Origin: the human T2T-CHM13v2.0 reference genome, Homo sapiens
DNA length: 64,000 nucleotides
NCBI RefSeq assembly: GCF_009914755.1
Contig: NC_060930.1
Strand: one strand, 5' to 3'
The notes below the pieces were generated by a model. The model had not been told where the DNA came from, made no database searches, and worked only from the letters and a program-made list of their open reading frames with translations. Every line of letters begins with the position of its first letter. Within the stretch, counting starts at the first letter, position 1. A program made the position numbers and the translations under genes. Positions 1 to 12,745 of the stretch are shown here, piece after piece.

Positions 1-880
1 TAAAGTGTGGTTTTGTTTTCCCAGCAGTTCATGCAACAGCATTGCACCTAGCAGCTGGGAAGTCTTATAGCATGAATAGGTGAGATTCTAATACCAGAAT
101 CTCCTGCATGTGTAAACTAACAGTGTAGTCTTGACTGTTGTCTCCCAGTAAACTTGGTTTCAGGAGTTTTAGATCCATGTGAACGTGTACAAGGCATTTT
201 TGCTAACTGTAACTTCCCACTTAATCAACAAAAACAAAAACACTCATTTCTGAACATTCAGTGCATTCATGATTAATCTTAATTACACCACAAAGGTATT
301 TTTCAATGGTGATTTTGCGGGAGTGGGGTAACAGTTTCGAAAGCAACATTGTCAGAAACATAGTTGATTTTAAAGGTTCTTTCTGGTGACTTTGACTTCT
401 GCTTTTTTAGAAGACCTTACACAGAGTTGTATTTATTTCTCCTGGAATATTTCAAGCAATTCAGAGTGAAAGGGTATACATTCCAATTTGCGTATGAGAT
501 AAAATTTAGTTACATTGAGAAGCTATTTTCTTTAGTTACAGGGAAAAAATTGTAGGGCTTTTGGAAGCCTCTTTGATTTCTAATAGGAGGAATCCCTGAG
601 CACTGGTCCAAACAGAAATCATCTCTTCTTCATTGCTGTATTTCCCTCAAGCTCTTAGCAAAGTGCATGGCACGTGAAAGCCCGGAGAAGCTGTTGGTTG
701 AAAGAATGGATGGTGGTGGGCAGGAAGCATCAGGGACATGGTTTGCTTCAGTCTATTGGCTGGGAGAAAGGCCATTTAGGAAGGGATCCTTAGATGCCAC
801 TGGAAGAATGTGGGAAGTTTGTGAATCTCTCTTTCTCAGGAACAAAAGTAGAAAAAGGACTCCACACAGCATTCCAAGTA

Positions 881-1519
881 CAGTCGGCCCTCATTATTCA
901 TGGATTCTGTATTTGCAAATTCGCTGACTTACTGACGTTTATTTGTAACCTTCGAGTCAACACTCACGGTGCTTTCTCAGTCCTTTGCAGACGTGTGGAA
1001 TGGCAAAAAAATTTGAGTTATATGACGTATATGTTCCCAGCTGAGGCTGAGCAAGGCTCACTTCTCCTTGCAGCCCTCAGACTATAAACAAGTGTCCCTC
1101 TTGCTATCTACTTCGTGTTATGATTTTTGCATTTTCATAATCCCTGTTGATGATTTTGCTGTTTAAAATGGCCCCTAAGCATGGTCCTGAAGTACTGTCT
1201 AGGGATTCTAAGACAAGGCTCTGACGTGTCTTAAGAGAAAATACGTGTTTGATAAGCTTTATTCAGGCATGAGTTACAATGCTGTTGGCCATGAGTTCAA
1301 TGATGGTGAATCAACAGGATATATTAAATACAGTGTTTTTGAACAGAAAAACATATAAAACAAGGTTATGTATTAATGAGTTGGCAAAAATGCTGTGACC
1401 AAAGGCTCCCAGGAACCTACCCTATTTTCCCCTCAATGCAATGGTTCAGTATTTGCTAATTCAGTGTTTGAGGTGACTTTATAGAACATGAGTACCATGA
1501 ATAATGAGAATCGATTCTG
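881..1519 (+). mobile_element. MER82-like TcMar-Tigger DNA transposon, full length
   Basis: Terminal inverted repeats CAGTCGGCCCTCATTATTCATGG / CCATGAATAATGAGAATCGATTCTG, TA flanks, ~640 bp. Confidence 0.8.
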
Positions 1520-1534
1520 TATAATAGAGTGATG

Positions 1535-1745
1535 AAAGCACAGGTCTGGGAGCCAGCAGCTATATTTCTATTCTGGCGTGACTCCTGTGTAGTTGTCATC
1601 ACTGGCAAATTGCTTAACTGTGTGCCTCAGTTTCCTAATCTGTAAAAGCTACATCGTTTGGATGATGTGAGGATTAAACAAATTCATAGATGTCTAGGGC
1701 TTATAACATTCCTGGCACATAACAAGTCATTATTTTTTATTACTA
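1535..1745 (+). mobile_element. MIR SINE
   Basis: Core GGCAAATTGCTTAAC..TGCCTCAGTTTCCTAATCTGTAAAA..GAGGATTAAA..CCTGGCACATA. Confidence 0.7.
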
Positions 1746-1993
1746 CTTCGGAAGGGAATTGAGTACTATACCCTGAAGAAGGTGAGTATGGGAATTCTCT
1801 ACGGGTCTGGAATGTCCCTATATTTGTTTATTTTGCCTTCAAGTGACTAACTTTAATACCCTATTGTGATTAGAAGTTAAACTTCTGCAACCAAAAGGAA
1901 GCAGGAAGCTAGTATTTCTTGAAGTGCTTATTACATGCCAGGTACTGTGCTACAAAAACAAAACAAAACAACTGTAAAAAAAACTTCAAATTT

Positions 1994-2133
1994 GGCTGCG
2001 TGCAGCTGCTCATGCCTGTCATCCCAGCACTTTGAGGAACTGAAGGGAGGATTGCTTGAGTCCAGGAGTTCCAGACCAGCCTGGGCAACACAGTGAGACC
2101 CTGTCTCTACAAAAAAACAAAAACAAAAACAAA
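1994..2133 (+). mobile_element. Alu monomer (FLAM/AluJ-type)
   Basis: Single Alu arm ending CCCTGTCTCTAC + (AAAAC)n tail. Confidence 0.85.
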
Positions 2134-4021
2134 GGCACTCCAAATCAGTAAAAATTAATCAATCAATAAAAAGAGTGAGGGGCATTAAGTATTGTGGACT
2201 GAAGCAATCCCAGAGAGGGAATTAATTGAAGCTGAGGTAAGCAGCTTATGGAGAAGCTATGATGTACAGAGGGCAAGGAAGGAATTTTTCTGTAATTTGG
2301 AAAAATGGGAACTGTGAGAAAGAAGGAGTTGGAAGCTCATACTTAGGGAGCATCTACAAGGACGTCTTTTTCACGTTGGTTGGAATATCCAAATCAAGGA
2401 TTATTTCAGAATCACCCAGATGATTAAAAAACTACTGAGATCCAGGTTGTATTTCAGCAGTTCTGACAATTGCTCTGGGTCGAAGCTTGAATCAGTAGTT
2501 AAGAAAAACAACAAACAAAACAAATTTTGGGGCTTTTCTCACTGATTTACAGTTAAAGCTCATTTACTCTTCCTATGACTTTAGATGGAGGATATTTCCA
2601 AGTCTTCAGGATGGAGACATGGAGGGAAGTGAGACTAGTGATGTGCCTCAAGGTTTTGCTGTTGTTCTAACCATGAGGAGCACTATTCAAACCCAGGTCT
2701 GCTAGATTTCCAAGTCTTCATTTCCTTGGGCCTCTTGGATTTCAGAAGCAGAGGGTAAAAGGAGTGCTGGGGAGAAAGATCACAGTAGCTTTCAATTCTA
2801 CTCCTCAGCTTTCCAAAATAAGTTTCAAGACTGGCCGTTGCATTTGATATGGAATAAATACAAAGAAGGTAGATTGAAGGGTATGAAGATGCAGATTTTT
2901 GATACCAGATATGAAGATAACATTAGGAAGCAATCTAAAACATGGACACAAACACACACCTGTGCCAGTTAGCCTGTATAATTCGATTTTTGTTAAGTGT
3001 TTAGATAACTGAAGGTAATTTAAGCCCTCATATCTTCCCTTCATAGGGTTCTTTTTCCCTCTGGTTCATCAGAGAGTTGCCACCAATTCAGGCTGTTAGT
3101 GGTACACATAACCTCTAGCATTGTTGATACAGCTATAAAATCCCAAATATCAGTACAATTGTTGATTGCATAAAATTTCCAGTTGCATGGTTGGAAAGTC
3201 CTGTAAGTTTGAATCCTTAAACCAGTCTTAAATGTGGAGGAGGACTCAATTAAAGCTCTCCTCGTGTCCTCCCTCTGACGTATTTGCAAAATCCTTTCCA
3301 CAAATAGAATACTGTTTTTAATGCTTCCCCAGTCCAATTTTGCGTTGTAGAAGACGAATTTATGGATGAGGGAAGTGGCATTCAGGCACTCCAGCTTGGT
3401 ATAGAAGCCCATGGTGTCTGGTCCTCAGTCCTCAAGCCCGCTCATTTCCTCATGTGAACTCAGAATAAGCAGCTGAAAGCAAGTCTTCAAAATCTCAGAG
3501 ATATGTATAAATGCAAGTGTTTGGGTGAGAAGTGAACATGGGTCTCCTCTAGTGCCCACACTACTTGACTAACAGGTTTTGGGCTCCACACAATGAGGGA
3601 TTATCAACCCCTGTCCCAGGGCTCTCTGGGTCTTGGTTCTTTGTTTTTGATGCTCAGCAATTGTGATCAGTGAAACCAATGTTGCTTTTCTATCAAGAGT
3701 CCAACCCTTTTCTAAGAAGGGTTGTGTTTGATATTAGGGAATAGCTAGCAAAGTTATCAAGTAACTTGTAGAAACATTCTTTTGCAAGAGTTCTTATACT
3801 GAATGACTGTAGTTGACAGCAGTGCAGTACTGGTCATTTTCTAGGACATCTTAAAAACACTGATGAGAAGTTTCCTCTCAGATGTCTGTCATGTCATTCT
3901 TGCCTTTCTCTACACAGGGTCAGTTTTCTCTTATTGCTGTTAGGAGTTCCTCATTGGTTTTTCAGCTTTTGGGCTTTCAAACTCTAATTAATCATAAGCT
4001 ACTAGAGTGTACTACCTAAAG

Positions 4022-4109
4022 TGTGTATATACACATATATACACACACACACACACATATATATCCCTGGTATACATATATATATATAATATACATATAT
4101 CATATATAC
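4022..4109. repeat. Compound (TA)n/(CA)n microsatellite
   Basis: Seen directly. Confidence 0.85.
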
Positions 4110-4556
4110 TCCCCAACCTGATCTGGTTCTTCCTCTGCATAAAAGACCTCAGGCCAGTCAGAGAAAACATGTATGTTCCATGGTGTGGCAATCAAGCCCT
4201 TGTATTTGGTTCCAATCAGTCTCCTAACTATTACTCCAAGAAGCTCTTGTTGAAAGAGCCATGTTTAAATGGCATGTTCCTACTTTCTTCTTCATAGTGA
4301 TCTTCATCTGTACCATGTACCCTTCTTTCTTCTTGTTCCATCTCTGTTAGGCTGATTCTACCCAGAAGTCAAGGTTCAGCTCAAATGCTATCCCTATCAG
4401 GTGAATTTTCCACCTGGCATTTGTTCGGTGTGCATTGTGTGCATACAGCACCTTTTCCCGGTACCTTTACTGTAATCACCAGATAATTCCTTTCATTTTA
4501 GTTGTAAATAGAGTTGTCTTCCCCCTCTATGGAATAGATTTTATTAATGTATAGAG

Positions 4557-5080
4557 CAGCAGTCCCCAGCCTCTGGACCATGGACTCGTACTGGTTTGGG
4601 GCCTGTTAGGAACTGGGCCGCACAGCAGGAGGTGAGCAGTGGGCATGCAAGTGATGCTTCATCTGTATTTACAGCTGCTCCCCATCGCTTGCATTATGCC
4701 TGAGCTCCGCCTCCTGTCAGATCAGCGGTAGCATTAGATTTTCATAGGAATGCAAACCCTACTGTGAACTGTGTATGTGAGGGATCTGGGTTCTTCTTAT
4801 GAGAATCTAATTCCTGATGATCTGTCATTGTGTCCCATCACCCCCAGATGGGACTGTCTAGTTGCAGGAAAACAAGTTCAGGGCTCTCACTGAATCTACA
4901 TTATGGTGAGTTGCATAATTATTTCATTATATGTTACAGTATAATACTAATAGAAATAAAGTGCGCAATAAATGTGATGCACTGGAATCATCCCAAAACC
5001 ATCCCCAGTTCCATCTGTGGAAAAATTGTCTTCCATGAAACCGGTCATGGAACTGGTGCCAAAAATGTTGGGGACCACTC
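4557..5080 (+). mobile_element. MER1A-like hAT-Charlie DNA transposon
   Basis: Ends CAGCAGTCCCCA / TGGGGACCACT; internal GCCTGAGCTCCGCCTCCTGTCAGATCAGC motif; ~525 bp. Confidence 0.8.
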
Positions 5081-5619
5081 TTATAAGGCATATTAGAGTA
5101 ATTTCATAGATTTCCTAATTCATTTATCATATTCATTCACTCAGCAAGCATTACTGGATGTTGATCATGTACTGGCTTTGGTGGTAGGTGCAGAGATTGG
5201 GAACATTGTCATCAAGGAGTTTATGGTTGAGTGAGGGAGATGACAAGTGGATAGACAATGAAAAAACAGTAGAATAAGAACTGTGATAGAAAAGAGACAG
5301 CCAGGAGCATTGAGGAGAGGCACTTAACCAGATGGAGGATCTTGGTCCATTGATATGGAGGTCAAAATGGTTTAATAGAGCAAGTGACCCTTTCAACTGA
5401 ATTTTTTAAGAATGAGGATTTAGCCAGACAAAGAAGGGCAGGTGAGGTTGTGAAGAGGAACTGAGTGGTACTCTTCAGAGCTCCAGCCCAGTTCCTTGGA
5501 CAGAATAAATGCTTACTAACTTATAGAGCTGAATATTGAATTAATAAAATAAGGGTAAACTGTTAAGAATCAGAGAAATAACTTAAAGAACACTGATAGC
5601 TAGTGTTTTTTGAACACCA

Positions 5620-5840
5620 TGTACCCAGGTGCCTTGCCGAAAACCTTAATGATCATCTTGTTTAAACCTTACATTTCTCATAAGAGGCTGGTACTATTGT
5701 TATTCTCATTTTATGGGACGTAGAAACTAAGACTTGGAGAGGGGAAGTGACTTGCCCAAGGTCATACAACCAGTACTGGAGAATTAGGGATTCTAGATCT
5801 AGAATTTGGACTCTGGAGCTTAAGGTTTTAACCCACGACA
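5620..5840 (-). mobile_element. MIR SINE
   Basis: CCAGGTG..ATTCTCATTTTA..GAAACTAAGACT..AAGTGACTTGCCCAAGGTCATAC. Confidence 0.7.
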
Positions 5841-8246
5841 TTATGCAGAGAAATTGACAGGATTTTTCTGTTGCTGATCAATTTACTTGGCAGTTAGTTT
5901 GTTACTTCCTTGTCTTTATTTTAGTTGTGACAATGCTTTCATCTTAGACTGTGTCCCGAGGCTGCTGCTTTTATTTTTATGGGAAATGGCTATTTTTATG
6001 ATCCTTGCTAAAAGCATGTTTAAACAATTTTCCATTAAGTAGGGGGATGTTTTTCCTTCTAATATCAGAAGCCAATAAATGAAATTCTACAAAGACTTGC
6101 TGGTAGCAACCTTAGGAATTTCTTTGCATGTGAAACCCATCTGAGAACTTAAAATCTGGGTAAAATTGTAGTGTAATTTGGTGCAATCGTCTCTTTGCAC
6201 AAATAACATCATAAAATCATAGTATTGTCATCTAGGAGGGGCCTTAGACATGATGGAATCCTACCTTTTATATTTTCCAGGTGAAGAAATCAAAGTCTAG
6301 AAAGGTGAAGGAACTTCCCCCAAAGTTTCCCAGCTGGTAGAGACAGAACCAGGGCTAGGTCCTCTATTCTGACTCCTGACCACTACCTCACACCTAATAG
6401 ATGGAGGCATGCCCAGTTCCTGTTCACCGAGGGCATCAGACCATGCCATACTCATTGCTACTGTTCCAGCATTTATAGTAGAAGCTCAAGCAAGCAGGAT
6501 GACAGAATACCTAATTCTGGTCACTACAACATTATAATGATGGCTAAAGTGAATGCCCCAGCCATGCTTGTCTAGACAGGCCATCTGTTTAATTGGTATA
6601 TGGTTCACGTGAGAATTTTTAACCTCTGTTTGTCGAGTCGGTGTTAGTTCTCTAGTGATGAATTATTTCCTATACTTCCATTTAGATTATTTACTCTTAA
6701 TTTAATAACCATACATTGTTTACTTTGGTATTGAAGATTCCCTTGTTTTTCTTCTTTTTTTCTGTTTCCAGGGCTTAAAGGTTAGGAGTGACCTTGCCAG
6801 ACTTCCCTGGAGACTTACACTGTCTCCTTTCAGATTTCTGAAGCAGTTGGGTGCTATTTTTAGTCCACTATCACCAATGTGAAAATGGAACTTGCATTAT
6901 TTCATTATAGATATTTCACTTTAGTATTGACAGAATTAAAAAAATAATTTGATCTGTGCTTGATCTAGCAGCCAGGTTACAATAGACATTTTTAGTTACC
7001 TGGTCCACATGTTGAAAAACATGTGTCTTCTCTGAGACTAATGACTAAGCCCGATGTTGGTTATATACTGTTTACTATTAAATTTTCCCCTTGTAGTTTA
7101 ATATTGTTCCAGGAAATGAAATGAAAGTTTAATAAGAATGGCAATTGATGGACCCATATGTCGGAAGTATAACTAATGTCCCCGTTACATGTGTTAAAGA
7201 AAGGCATGGCTGGTGGGTTGTAACTGTACTACACCAAGATGATTTGACACAACTTATTCTACAGAGATATATATTTATCAGGATAGAATTTATAACTAAA
7301 CAAAACTATAGCATTTTTTCACTTTGATTTTTTTTAAATGAGTCAAAGAACTGCTAGAATTGTCAGTTAAAAAATTTTAAAAGGAGATATGAAAAAATCT
7401 TACAATTCACAATGCTGTAAAGAGATAATGTAGGGATTAATATGTTCTTGATATCAATATTTTATGACTTTTATACATGTAGAAGCAAAACAATTTGAGG
7501 TAGGTGAAGTTAGTATGGACTTCTTGAGATTGTCCTTCACATTTCTTTTCCTTTCGGTGAAAAATTGAAGGCCAAAATGTATTTTCTTCTGGTTTTGAAA
7601 ATACTGTCAAGATCCTTGCAACAAAATGAGTTCCTCTAAGGAGCTGAAAACAAAGCTCACTCCCCTCGTGATACTCTGAGAGGCTTTGCTCAGCATCCTG
7701 CATTCTGGTGATTCCTTGGAGACAGATGATGCTAAACACAGGAAGATTAGGTCAATGGTAACTTTTTCTAAGTCAATATTTCTTCTCCTTGGGAGATGAT
7801 CATTTTAAATCTTCCCGAAGTCCAGGCTAAACCTTTCTAATTGAATCTCCATGAAGGAGAGCTCCAGCAGGTGGAGAGGAAGTGAGAAAGAGAAATGAAA
7901 GCTGCACGCCTCATGACGCTGTGCCAGGGAGTTCTTAAAGGTGAGGGAGTTTCTTTTTGGTAACCTAAGCTATGTGAATCAGAACGTTCATTAGCTTGTT
8001 TCTTTTTCTTTTTTGTAAACTCCTACATAATTTTAGTAAACAGGAACAGTAACCTAATGTGATATCCCACTGGCCCAAGACTTAGTGCATCTTCAAAGTT
8101 GCTTAATTATGTCCGAAACAGACTTTTGTCTCTTGATGAGAAAAGCATGGTTAAACGTGTGATGATTTCCTATTGTCCTGAGCTCAGATCTGTAATTGTG
8201 GCCAGATTCATGCATCTCTGCTGCCTTCTCTTAGAAGAATCATATG

Positions 8247-8419
8247 TAGGCTTGTCAGATAAAACAGGATGCCCAGGTAAACTGGAATTTCAGTTAAATA
8301 ACAAATAACATTTTAGCATGTCCCATGCAATATTATACTAAAATATTATTTGTTGTTTATCTGAAATTCAAATTTAATTGAATGTCCTGTATTTTTGTTG
8401 GTTACATCTGGCAGCCCTA
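8247..8419. mobile_element. MER53 palindromic MITE
   Basis: TAGGCTTGTCAGATAAAACAGG..GAATTTCAG mirrored by CTGAAATTC..CCTGTATTT..ATCTGGCAGCCCTA. Confidence 0.8.
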
Positions 8420-8658
8420 GCCATGCTGCCTTTCTGCTTAATGGGCTTAATTTTTTGAAGGCTGGAGGTTTTCTGTTATGGTGCCCGTTTCCACCTGCTT
8501 TTCTACCAGGAAAGGAGGCATGCTGATGTAGAATTTGCATCCTTATTTTTGTCATTATTATTGATTATAACAGATGACATAGGTTTAGATTAAACCTACA
8601 ATGACATTGCTGTCATTCAGATAATTGTAATTATTGCTAATTGTAAAGAAGGATAATT

Positions 8659-9850
8659 TTTTTTGAAATGACTATTATTTGTTTTTTGTTTTTGTTTTTG
8701 TTTTTCTTTTTTTCTAATTATACTTTAAATTCTAGGGTACATGTGCACAATGTGCAGGTTTGTTACATATGTATACATGTGCCATGTTGGTGTGCTGCAC
8801 CTATTAACTCATCCTTTACATTAGGTATATCTCCTAATGCTATCCCTCCCCCCTACCCCCACCCCACGACAGGTCCCGGAGTGTGATGTTCCCCACCCTG
8901 TGTCCAACTGTTCTCATTGTTCAATTCCCACCTATGAGTGAGAACATGCGGTGTTTGGTTTTTTGTCCTTGGGATAGTTTGCTGAGAATGATGGTTTCCA
9001 GCTTCATCCATGTCCCTACAAAGAACATGAACTCATCTTTTTAATGGCTGCATAGTATTCCATGGTGTATATGTGCCACATTTTCTTAATCCAGTCTATC
9101 ATTGATGGATGTTTGGGTTGGTTCCAAGTCTTTGTTATTGTGTATAGTGCCACAATAAACATACATGTGCATGTGTCTTTATAGCAGCATGATTTATAAT
9201 CCTTTGGGTATATACCCAGTAATGGGATGGCTGGGTCAAATGGTATTTCTAGTTCTAGATCCCTGAGGAATCGCCACACTGACTTCCACAATGGTTGAAC
9301 TAGTTTACAGTCCCACCAACAGTGTAAAAGTGTTCCTGTTTCTCCACATCCTCTCCAGCACCTGTTGTTTCCTGACTTTTTAATGATTGCCATTCTAACT
9401 GGTGTGAGATGATATCTCATTGTGGTTTTGATTTGCATTTCTCTGATGGCCAGTGATGATGAGCATTTTTTCATGTGTCTGTTGGCTGCATAAATGTCTT
9501 CTTTTCAGAAGTGTCTGTTCATATCCTTCGCCCACTTGTTGATGGGGTTGTTGTTTTTTTTCTTGTAAATTTGTTTGAGTTCTTTGTAGATTCTGGATAT
9601 TAGCCCTTTATCAGATGAGTAGATTGCAAAAATTTTCTCCCATTTTGTAGGTTGCCTGTTCACTCTGACGGTAGTTTCTTTTGCTGTGCAGAAGCTCTTT
9701 CGTTTAATTAGATCCCATTTGTCAATTTTGGCTTTTGTTGCCATTGCTTTTGGTGCTTTGGACATGAAGTCCTTGCCCATACCTATGTCCTGAATGGTAT
9801 TGCCTGGGTTTTCTTCTAGGGTTTTTATGGTTTTAGGTCTAACATTTAAG
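8659..9850 (-). mobile_element. 5'-truncated L1PA4/5-like element (ORF2 C-terminus + 3'UTR)
   Basis: ORF2 peptides at 9016-9474 and 9505-9780; T-tail; TSD AAGAAGGATA(A/C)TT at 8646-8658 and 9851-9863. Confidence 0.92.
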
Positions 9851-9940
9851 AAGAAGGATACTTAAAGTATAAGGGAAAATGTTACAATGTATGAAGGGAA
9901 CATGAAGAAATAGAATCTGGTAAAAAAGAGTTCTTGCTTT

Positions 9941-10196
<256 letters not shown>

Positions 10197-10860
10197 TTAG
10201 GTAACTTTTGTGAATGAGTAAGATCATGAGTATTATAAAAATAGCACCTTTCTTTTTTGTCTTGGGGAAATTATCTTATTTTTTAATTGGATTTCAGAAA
10301 AGAGTATTTCAGAGAAATAAATCTCTGAAATGCTTTTTGAAGTGTGAAAGATTTAGAAGACAAAAGCAAACCTCCTGTCTAGATAAACATTAAAGAGATC
10401 TGCCCTCCCCTCCTCTACCTATTCAGGTTGCAACACTTTGGGGGTGGCTGCCTTGGTAGAGCTTGATCGTGACTCTGGTGGCTTGGGAGATGGCATGCTG
10501 CACAAGGGATTCATGGTTACAGCGGGCTTGTGGGACTGGGGCTCTCCAATACGTGGTTGGGTTTGTAAAGAAATCAGAGCTATGGTGTGAACAAAAGGAT
10601 ATGCATGGGAGACAGTGAGACAAGGAAATGCTCCAGAAATTATTGGAATATAGGTCAGATAACTAACTGTACTTGTGCCATTTTCTGGGGGAAAATTCTC
10701 TGAAGGCTTTTTGGGAAAAGAATGGAAGTGAGAATTCTCAGGTCCTCAAAATATTTCCTTTTACTCAGTCCTAACCTGAGGCCGTTAAAGAATTCCCAGA
10801 GTCACGATGGAAGGCATGTTTGGGAGTAAGAGCCAGAGTGAGGGTTAGAAATGTGTTGTT

Positions 10861-11194
<334 letters not shown>

Positions 11195-11960
11195 TTAGGA
11201 ATTTGGTTGCTTTTGCAGGTGGAAGTGGAGGTGACTAGGTAACAGCTGAGTGATTTTGCCCCAGTTGGACATGAGCCAGGTTGAGCAGAAAGCCCTGGGA
11301 TGCGGGGAGGGGGGTGGCGGGGAAGGAATTGAAAGTTGGTTGTGTGGTTTGGCTTTGGCTTCATGGCATGCTCACACCTTGCTTCGCATAGCATGCTTAG
11401 ACTACAGCAGGAGCATCAGGAAGTGGATTTCTGAGCTCAATACAAAAAGTTATAAATACCACCTATAAGGGCAATAAAGATATATAGTTGATTTTCTTCT
11501 TTGCAAGGCCAAATCTTATAGGAACATAAGAGCGAATGAGTTACAGCCTGGGAATTTGAGCCTTATATTCAGAGATTTTAGGTTGCTTCTGATTCCGCTG
11601 TCTAGACAAAACCATGAGAGGATAGTGTCTAGAAATGAGAGGAAGCTCTTCCAATGCAGAGGCTAGAATGTGTCAGCCTGTGCTGCGAGGCCTGGGATAG
11701 ATGTTTCTGAAAAGTAAAAGGGCAGCTTTCCTACTGGATACTTGATCCTCAGGCTCTAGAAAACTCTGCTTTATTAACTTTGTTGACTTCCTAGGCACCA
11801 CATGGGATCCTTGTTCTTCCTCCTTGTAAGCAGTAATTGAAATCAGTTTGGCAGCCTGGTTTACAGTGACCATGGTGGCTTGTCTCCCGTGCTCTTACCT
11901 CACTCTGTTGATGTTGTAAAACCTCCAGCTAACTTCATGGGGTGGCTGACCCACGTTGCT

Positions 11961-12745
<785 letters not shown>

